A stretch of 48,916 bases of DNA from Actinomycetota bacterium. GTDB lineage: Bacteria > Actinomycetota > Acidimicrobiia > Spongiisociales > ZC4RG35. The DNA lies in assembly GCA_036745195.1 (NCBI GenBank), contig DAIOGO010000002.1:23547-72462 (forward strand). The letters run 5' to 3'. The first letter of the stretch is position 1, and every line of letters starts with the position of its first letter. The notes under the pieces were generated by a model. The model was given only the letters and a program-made list of their open reading frames with translations. It was not told the DNA's origin and did no database searches. This document shows positions 42,827-48,916 of this stretch, in pieces. The translations under genes and the position numbers were made by a program.

Positions 42827-43945
42827 GTGATGCCAGATCCGACCCGATTCTTCGACACCCGGGCGGCGTATCTGATGTTCGTCACCACCACCGACGAGAA
42901 GATCGTCGCCGCCGAGCGGATCGGCCGGGAACTCGACTCGATCCAGCCGACCCAACCCGGTCTGCGGGTGTTCGATGCCGGCATGGGGGACGCCTCCCTG
43001 CTCAGCCACCTGATGCGGCGCATGCACGGGGTCTTTCCTCACATTCCGTGGCTGGTGGTGGGAAAGGAGATCAGCATCGAGGACGTCCGCCAGGCCCTGG
43101 GGCGGATGCCCGAGCGCTTCATCGAGCATCCCGAACTGGTGTGGGTGATCACCAATCTCCGCTTTGAGGATGCCGTCCGGCTCGACGCCGCAGGTGGTGA
43201 CATCGTGTGGCGCGACGTGGCTCTGGAGGGGGACACCAGCCACGCCTTCGCCGAGCAGATTCGAACGCTGGTCCCGGCGCTGGCGGACGACTGGGCGGTC
43301 ACCACCTCGCCCAGGAGCGGCAACCCCATGTACCGGCGGCCGACCGTGCTGGTCCTCTCCCGGGCCGACCGGCGTTTCACGCTCGACGCCGTGATCCCGC
43401 GCCCGGGAGGACGGCCACTCCACTTCGACCTGGTCATCGCGTCACAGGCCTACCGGGCCGCCACCCCGGTCGAACGCAAGGTGCGAATGGTGATTGCCCC
43501 GCTCGCCAGGGCCCTTGCCCCGGGGGGCCGGCTGATCGGGATCCAGGCCCACGGCGATGATCCGGCCGAGGAGATCGTTCGGTCCCTCTGGCCCGACTTC
43601 GAGCCCTTCCCCCACACCCGGCACGACATCCTCGCCGAAGCCCGCCGCCAGCTCGGAGACCGCATCGACCTGGTCTTCCTCGATCTCGAGGACGCCGACT
43701 CACACCTGCGTTACCGCCTCCATGCCATGCCGTCGGAGTCCGCAGAGCACATCGGGACCTCGACGGTGCTGGCGGCCTGGAATGCAGCCGCCTATGTCGC
43801 CCAGATCGACGACGCCCGGCTCACCGAGGCGCTGGCGGACAACCGGTACGCCGCCGCCACCCGGGAGGTGATGGACCGTCACGGGGAGATCTGGTTCATC
43901 GACGAGTCCTTCGTCGTCGCCCGGTCACCCTCACCCGCCCGGTAA
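42827..43945 (+). CDS. hypothetical protein with weak class I SAM-methyltransferase-like motifs
   Basis: 372 aa. RVFDAGMGDASLL resembles MTase motif I, and FDLVIASQAY...LAPGGRLIGIQ resembles the post-II/III region, but the two are separated by about 190 aa. Start is GTG 42827 or ATG 42830. Confidence 0.5.
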   Translation: MMPDPTRFFDTRAAYLMFVTTTDEKIVAAERIGRELDSIQPTQPGLRVFDAGMGDASLLSHLMRRMHGVFPHIPWLVVGKEISIEDVRQALGRMPERFIEHPELVWVITNLRFEDAVRLDAAGGDIVWRDVALEGDTSHAFAEQIRTLVPALADDWAVTTSPRSGNPMYRRPTVLVLSRADRRFTLDAVIPRPGGRPLHFDLVIASQAYRAATPVERKVRMVIAPLARALAPGGRLIGIQAHGDDPAEEIVRSLWPDFEPFPHTRHDILAEARRQLGDRIDLVFLDLEDADSHLRYRLHAMPSESAEHIGTSTVLAAWNAAAYVAQIDDARLTEALADNRYAAATREVMDRHGEIWFIDESFVVARSPSPAR

Positions 43946-43968
43946 TCTGAGCCGACGAGGAGGAAACC

Positions 43969-45225
43969 GTGACAGGAACACTGGCTGACGTCTGGTTCAA
44001 GATGAGCGACCTGGAGGTTGCCCGGGGCGAGGGAAGCTGGGTCTTCACCGTCGACGGGGACCGCTACCTCGACTTCACGTGCGGAATCGCGGTCACCAAC
44101 ACCGGGCACTGCCACCCGAAGGTCGTCGCGGCCATCCAGCAACAAGCCGGGCGCTTCATCCACGCCCAGGTCAACATCTTCTCGCACGACCTGCTGCGAC
44201 CGCTGGCCGATCGACTCGCCTCGATCACGCCCCCGTCGATCCAACGATTCTTCTTCACCAACTCGGGCGCCGAGGCTGTAGAAGGTGCTGTCAAACTCGC
44301 CAAGCAGGCGACCGGTCGACCCCACATCGTGGTCGTCGAAGGGTCGTTCCATGGACGGACCGCCATGACCATGGCGATGACCACCTCCAAGACTTCCTAC
44401 CGGGCCGGTCACTCACCACTCCCCTCCGGTGTGTTCGTCGCGCCTTTCCCCGATCACTACGCCGGCGGGGAGTCCCCCCCAGCGGCGGTGGATCGATCGA
44501 TCGCCGGGCTCGAGTGGTTGCTGAAGACCCAGACGGCGCCATCGGAGACGGCAGCGATCGTCATCGAACCGGTGCTGGGCGAAGGCGGCTACGTGCCTGC
44601 CCCGGCCGGCTACCTCGAGGCTGTCGAAGCCATCTGCCGCCGTCATGGCATCCTGCTGGTCATGGATGAGATCCAGTCAGGATTCGGCCGGACCGGCCGG
44701 ATGTTCGCCTCCGAACACCACCAGATCTCTCCGGACATCATGACGATGGCGAAGGGGATCGCCTCCGGGTTCCCGATCGCCGCCATCGGCGCACGGGCCG
44801 AAGTGATGGATCGGTGGCCGGTTGGCTCCCACGGGGGTACCTATGGAGGCAACCCGATCGGATGCGCCGCCGCCCTCGCCACGATCGAGGTCATCGAAGA
44901 GCCCGGATTTCTCGACAACGTCGTCGCCCGGGGAGATCAGCTCCGGGCCGGTCTCGCCCGACTTGGCGTCGAGCACCCGGGGATGAGAAACGTCCGCGGA
45001 CCGGGGCTGATGGTGGGAGCCGACTTCGTCACGGTCGGGGGCACACCCGACGCCGACCGCTGCAACGCCATCATTCGCCATTGTCGGGAGGAGTCCCGGC
45101 TCTTGCTGATGGGTGCCGGGGCCCGGGGAAACACCATCCGGTTCATGCCGCCGCTGATCGTCGACGCCGACCAGGTCGACCTGGCATTGGAGGCCCTGGG
45201 CAAGGCGCTCTCAGCGACCGCCTGA
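43969..45225 (+). CDS. class III PLP-dependent aminotransferase (GABA/ornithine/omega-aminotransferase family)
   Basis: 418 aa: GIAVTNTGHCHPKVV, FTNSGAEAVEGAVKLA, DEIQSGFGRTG, TMAKGIASGFP. GTG start is preceded by GAGGAGGA. Confidence 0.85.
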   Translation: MTGTLADVWFKMSDLEVARGEGSWVFTVDGDRYLDFTCGIAVTNTGHCHPKVVAAIQQQAGRFIHAQVNIFSHDLLRPLADRLASITPPSIQRFFFTNSGAEAVEGAVKLAKQATGRPHIVVVEGSFHGRTAMTMAMTTSKTSYRAGHSPLPSGVFVAPFPDHYAGGESPPAAVDRSIAGLEWLLKTQTAPSETAAIVIEPVLGEGGYVPAPAGYLEAVEAICRRHGILLVMDEIQSGFGRTGRMFASEHHQISPDIMTMAKGIASGFPIAAIGARAEVMDRWPVGSHGGTYGGNPIGCAAALATIEVIEEPGFLDNVVARGDQLRAGLARLGVEHPGMRNVRGPGLMVGADFVTVGGTPDADRCNAIIRHCREESRLLLMGAGARGNTIRFMPPLIVDADQVDLALEALGKALSATA

Positions 45226-46194
45226 CCCGAGCCCCACTTCCAGACAGATCAGGTCTCCGCTCACGCCAATCGGTGTCGTCGCCGCAATCGAGGCCGGGAC
45301 CAGCCAGGTGCTGCCGGTCCGGGCAACCCTGCCAGCGATCTCCATGGAGCCGTCCAGCACCATCACGACTCTCGCTTCGCCGTCACCCCAGTCCGGCCCC
45401 ACCCCCCGGTGCTCCCTGATCCAATAGAACGGGGTCTCCACCAGCAAACGAGCTCCGGTCTTGGTCGCCGGGTCCAGATCGAAGGCGTCGGGTGGATCGA
45501 GGTCGAGCGCCTCCGCCGCCTGGACGAAATGAAGCTGGCGGTGTGGTCGCCCGTACTCTTCCGTCCAGTCGTACATACGAAAGGTGGTGTCACTCGGTGT
45601 CTGCACCTCCGCCACGACCACTCCCGCCCCCAAAGAATGAATGAGCCCGGCCGGCAGGTGGTGGAAGGCCCCGGGAACCGCGGGAACGGAGCGGAGCAGC
45701 CCCGGGAGAGCGGATGACCCGATGGCGGCCACCACCGTCTTGCGATCGATCCCGGGACGAACCCCCAACAGGAGTTGGGCACCCGGTTCGGCCGCCAGCA
45801 CGAACCAGGACTCGGTCTTGAGCCGCGCCTCCCGGTGAGTCCTGATGTAGCTCGCCGGCGGATGGACCTGGATCGAGAGATGCTGGCCGGCATCGAGCAA
45901 CTTCACGAGCAGGGGAAACCGGCCCTCGATCGCCGCCGCCGAGCCCATCAGCTCAGGGCCGAATCGATGAATCAGATCCGTCAGCGCCCAGCCGTCGTAC
46001 CGTCCGCCCTCGACGATCGTCCATGGCTCGGGCACGGTCTGGTTCTCATCGGGGGGCAGGTCGGCCACCTCCCAGCTCTCCCCCACCCCTGGGCCGGCTT
46101 CCTTGCCGAATTCGGACAACCTGCCGCCTGCCCACGGCTTGTCGGCGAACACCGGACGCATCAGCAGCGGTTCGAGCATGGGGCATTTGACCAT
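45211..46194 (-). CDS. manA: type I phosphomannose isomerase family (cupin) protein
   Basis: 327 aa: KPWAGGRL, ESWEV, LLVKLLDAGQHLSIQVHP (the PMI class I zinc-site motif), and a downstream His in FHHLPAG. Start is ATG 46194 or ATG 46179. Confidence 0.7.
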   Translation of the reverse strand: MVKCPMLEPLLMRPVFADKPWAGGRLSEFGKEAGPGVGESWEVADLPPDENQTVPEPWTIVEGGRYDGWALTDLIHRFGPELMGSAAAIEGRFPLLVKLLDAGQHLSIQVHPPASYIRTHREARLKTESWFVLAAEPGAQLLLGVRPGIDRKTVVAAIGSSALPGLLRSVPAVPGAFHHLPAGLIHSLGAGVVVAEVQTPSDTTFRMYDWTEEYGRPHRQLHFVQAAEALDLDPPDAFDLDPATKTGARLLVETPFYWIREHRGVGPDWGDGEARVVMVLDGSMEIAGRVARTGSTWLVPASIAATTPIGVSGDLICLEVGLGSGGR

Positions 46195-46251
46195 ACCTGC
46201 CCTTCATTCGGCGTCGTCGGTGCCGACCGGAAACCCAGGCACGAGGAGCCA

Positions 46252-47376
46252 ATGCACAAGAAGGTTCTGCTGATCGACGACGACGACGGGCGGTCCAGCG
46301 CCGAGTTCTTCCATGCGTTGGAGGCGACCCGACTGGACCTGGAGTGCGTCGTGGCGGCGACCGGAGACGAGGCGATGGCACTGCTTGGTTCGGTGGACTG
46401 CCTGGTGGCAGCCGTGTCCACACCGAGCGGGAAGTCGTTGCCGGTATTACGCCGTGTCGCAGCCAATCACCCGGCAATGGGCCGGCTGGCAGTGACCCGC
46501 TTCCCCGGGCTGATCCGGCACGAGACGAATCACGTGTTGCGCCCTCCGTATGACGCGGACCGCCTCCGCCGGGCATTGCTCGGCGCCACCCTGATCGGTG
46601 ACCGGGTCACCAAGGAGCGGATCGACTCCCTGGTCGCCGGAGCCGTCAGGATGCCGGCATTGCCATCGGTGTACATGCAGCTCCAGGACCTCCTGCACTC
46701 CCCCGACCCCTCACTCCACGATGTGGGCGAGATCATCCGGACCGACCCGGCGATTTCGCTGAAGGTGATCCAGACGGTGAACTCGGCCCTGTTCGGGCTA
46801 CGGACCCAGGTCGCCGACGTCGCCCAGGCCTCGGTCCTCCTTGGGATCAACCGGGTCTCGAGCCTCGTGCTGGCGGTGGCGGTGTTCAGAGATGCCTCCC
46901 ATCTGGACGTGAAGCTGATCGAGTCGATGTGGAGAGACGCCATGGCGGTTTCTGCCCTGGCCGGCGCCATCGCCCATGCCGAGGGGCTGGCTCCCCTGGA
47001 GGTCGACACCGCCAAACTCGCCGGACTCCTCCACGACGTCGGGGCCATCGTCCTGTTCCAGAACTGGCGAGACGAGTACCTGTCGATCGAGCCGGGCGAC
47101 GACGAGGCAGAACAAGCCCTGTTCGGGGTCTCGCACTCCGACATCGGCGGGTACCTGTGCGCTCTCTGGCACCTGGCCGACCCGGTCGTGGAGGCGGTGC
47201 TCCACCACCACGATCCCCCGCCGCGCGAGGTCTTCGATGCCACCGCCGCGGTACATGTGGCCAGGGCGCTGGTGTCGTCGTCCCTCGCCGTGGATCGGGT
47301 GCGGATCCAACCGGAGATCGGATCGCGGTTCGCCTCCTTGGAGAAGTTGGCGGGATGGGCCTCCCTGGCCGCCTGA
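46252..47376 (+). CDS. HDOD-domain signalling protein with degenerate N-terminal receiver domain
   Basis: ATG at 46252 within track ORF 45775..47376. KVLLIDDDD begins a REC-like fold. The HDOD pattern is PALPSVYMQLQDLLHSPDPSLHDVGEIIRTDPAISLKVIQTVNSALFG...GLLHDVG...HS.IG. Confidence 0.75.
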   Translation: MHKKVLLIDDDDGRSSAEFFHALEATRLDLECVVAATGDEAMALLGSVDCLVAAVSTPSGKSLPVLRRVAANHPAMGRLAVTRFPGLIRHETNHVLRPPYDADRLRRALLGATLIGDRVTKERIDSLVAGAVRMPALPSVYMQLQDLLHSPDPSLHDVGEIIRTDPAISLKVIQTVNSALFGLRTQVADVAQASVLLGINRVSSLVLAVAVFRDASHLDVKLIESMWRDAMAVSALAGAIAHAEGLAPLEVDTAKLAGLLHDVGAIVLFQNWRDEYLSIEPGDDEAEQALFGVSHSDIGGYLCALWHLADPVVEAVLHHHDPPPREVFDATAAVHVARALVSSSLAVDRVRIQPEIGSRFASLEKLAGWASLAA

Positions 47377-47381
47377 CACGA

Positions 47382-48791
47382 TCAGCCGGCGACGGCCTGC
47401 TGCAATTCCTGCCACAGTCGATCGACGTGATGCGGCTCGGTCGTCTCCGCGCCGAATGAGACACGCACCAGCCAGCGTCCCTCCACCAGCGCCGGGGTGA
47501 GGTAGAAATTGCCCGCCCGGTTGACCCGTTCCACCCATGCCAGGGTGTGGCGGTCGGTCTCTTCGGGCGTCAACCCTTCCGGTTCATGGCGGAGGCAGAC
47601 CGTCTGCAGCGGCACCGGGGCCACCACCCTCCAGTCCGGGTGGGCCGACGCCAGCGAGAGCAGACGCTGGGCATACTCAAGATCGCGCCGGATCCGGTGC
47701 TGGATCGACTCGATGCCGTCCAGCCGCAACTGAAACCACAGCTTGAGCGCTCGGAACCGCCGGCCGAGCGGGATCCCCCAATCCCGGTACTGGGTCACCG
47801 CCCCGTCGACGGTGGTCCGCAGATACGACGGGCTGGTCGACATGACACCGACGAGTTCGGCCGGGTCGCGCACATAGAACAACGAACAATCGAAGGCGGT
47901 GCCCATCCACTTGTGGGGGTTGATCGAGATCGAGTCGACCGCCTCCACCCCATCCCACATCCAGCGGAGATCGGGAAGGAGCATTGCGCTGCCGGCCATG
48001 GCGGCATCGAGGTGACACCAGATGCCGTTCCGGGCGGAGATCTCGGCGATGGCGGCTACGGGATCGAGGGCGGTGGTGGCGGTGGTTCCGACGGTGGCGA
48101 TCACCGCCGCCGGACGCAGACCGGCGGCGATGTCCGCTGTGATCGCGGCCTCGAGCGCTTCGACCCGCATCGCCAGCGAAGCATCGACCTCCACGAGTCG
48201 AAGGTGTTCGGCCCCGAAACCGGCCAGGTGGACGGCCTTGGCCACAGAACTATGAGCCTGGCTCGAGGCGTACACCACCAGCGGGGCGGCGGCTGCTTGC
48301 AGCCCGACCCTGCCCGCCTCGCCCAGTGCCCGCTCCCGGGCACAGAGCATCGCCACCAATGCCCCACTCGAGGCCGTGTCCTGGATCGTCCCCCGCCAGC
48401 GGTCGGAGAGACCGTAGAGCTGGCGCATCCAATCACACACCACCTGTTCCAGTTCGGTGAGGGCCGGCGACAGCTCCCAGGTGATACCCAGTTGCCCCAG
48501 ACCGGTCGACACGAGGTCTCCCAGCGCCGACGAGAGCGAGGCGTTGGCCGGAAAGAACGCCATGAAGCCGGGATGTTGCGGATGTGAGCAGGCGGGAAGA
48601 AGGATCTGGTCGAGGTCGGCGACGAGCTCCTCGAGTGAAGCCTGCCCGGCGGGAGGGACCGAGGGGAACCTGTCCGAAACGTCACCCGGCAGCGCTGGGG
48701 ACTTGACCGGGAGTGTCTCGATCCTGCTGCGGAAGTCGGCGATCCAGTCGACGAGTTGATGGCCGGCGGCGCGATATTCCTCGGGAGTCAT
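47382..48791 (-). CDS. group II PLP-dependent decarboxylase (aromatic-L-amino-acid/tyrosine decarboxylase-like)
   Basis: 469 aa: HPGFMAFFPANASL, TSGGS-like DTASSGALVAM, and SINPHKWMGTAFDCSLFYV (PLP-Lys in NPHKW). Confidence 0.85.
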   Translation of the reverse strand: MTPEEYRAAGHQLVDWIADFRSRIETLPVKSPALPGDVSDRFPSVPPAGQASLEELVADLDQILLPACSHPQHPGFMAFFPANASLSSALGDLVSTGLGQLGITWELSPALTELEQVVCDWMRQLYGLSDRWRGTIQDTASSGALVAMLCARERALGEAGRVGLQAAAAPLVVYASSQAHSSVAKAVHLAGFGAEHLRLVEVDASLAMRVEALEAAITADIAAGLRPAAVIATVGTTATTALDPVAAIAEISARNGIWCHLDAAMAGSAMLLPDLRWMWDGVEAVDSISINPHKWMGTAFDCSLFYVRDPAELVGVMSTSPSYLRTTVDGAVTQYRDWGIPLGRRFRALKLWFQLRLDGIESIQHRIRRDLEYAQRLLSLASAHPDWRVVAPVPLQTVCLRHEPEGLTPEETDRHTLAWVERVNRAGNFYLTPALVEGRWLVRVSFGAETTEPHHVDRLWQELQQAVAG

Positions 48792-48815
48792 CGGAGGCCG
48801 ACACTAGCCGGGCCC

Positions 48816-48878
48816 TGCGTCATGCGTCCTGCGGCTTGCGTCCTGCGCCTTGCGTCCTGCGTCATGCGTCATGCGTTC
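48816..48878. repeat. heptanucleotide array locus D (TGCGTCN x9); may extend as a composite element beyond the window
   Basis: Nine in-phase heptamers (TGCGTCA TGCGTCC TGCGGCT TGCGTCC TGCGCCT TGCGTCC TGCGTCA TGCGTCA TGCGTTC), beginning 25 nt upstream of the decarboxylase start codon (opposite strand). Confidence 0.85.
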
Positions 48879-48916
48879 GACTGGTACCAACCCCATGACC
48901 GAGTCCACACCGCGCC

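Overview
GC-rich, very gene-dense chromosomal segment with actinobacterial hallmarks: a class E sortase, an F420/LLM-type oxidoreductase, an MprAB/PepD-like module, and many ATGA/GTGA start-stop overlaps. I support 45 protein-coding genes (one truncated at the left edge), 2 candidate small ORFs that the >=60 aa ORF track misses, and one cobalamin riboswitch heading a translationally coupled btuFCD-like + cobO operon. I see no rRNA, tRNA, CRISPR array, transposase, integrase or phage genes. Most genes are core metabolism or housekeeping: gabT plus an aldehyde dehydrogenase, acnA, ggt, rlmN, hrpB, manA, and GH65 phosphorylase with beta-phosphoglucomutase. The strongest unexplained signal is non-coding. 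Four intergenic loci (4951-5262, 23878-24192, 31251-31586, 48816-48878) are built almost entirely from tandem heptanucleotide arrays (TGCGTCA-type, TGGCTGA/TAGCCGA-type, ACCTTCA/TGGACCT-type, plus a 14-mer GCCGATGCCCGACA). The three complete loci share a module order, and one is inverted. Most other intergenic spacers here are 1-110 nt, and some convergent genes overlap. Secondary candidates: (i) two paralogous single-pass membrane proteins with shared uncharacterised N- and C-terminal domains bracketing a secreted lytic-transglycosylase-like gene (36537-40340); (ii) a tandem membrane HD-GYP-related pair (the second catalytically degenerate) preceded by a 29-codon sORF whose Shine-Dalgarno is sequestered by a 16S-3'-end-like arm (14142-17621); (iii) an uncharacterised 205-aa protein translationally coupled to ggt. 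All functional calls rest on my reading of the translated ORFs and motifs. No database search was run.
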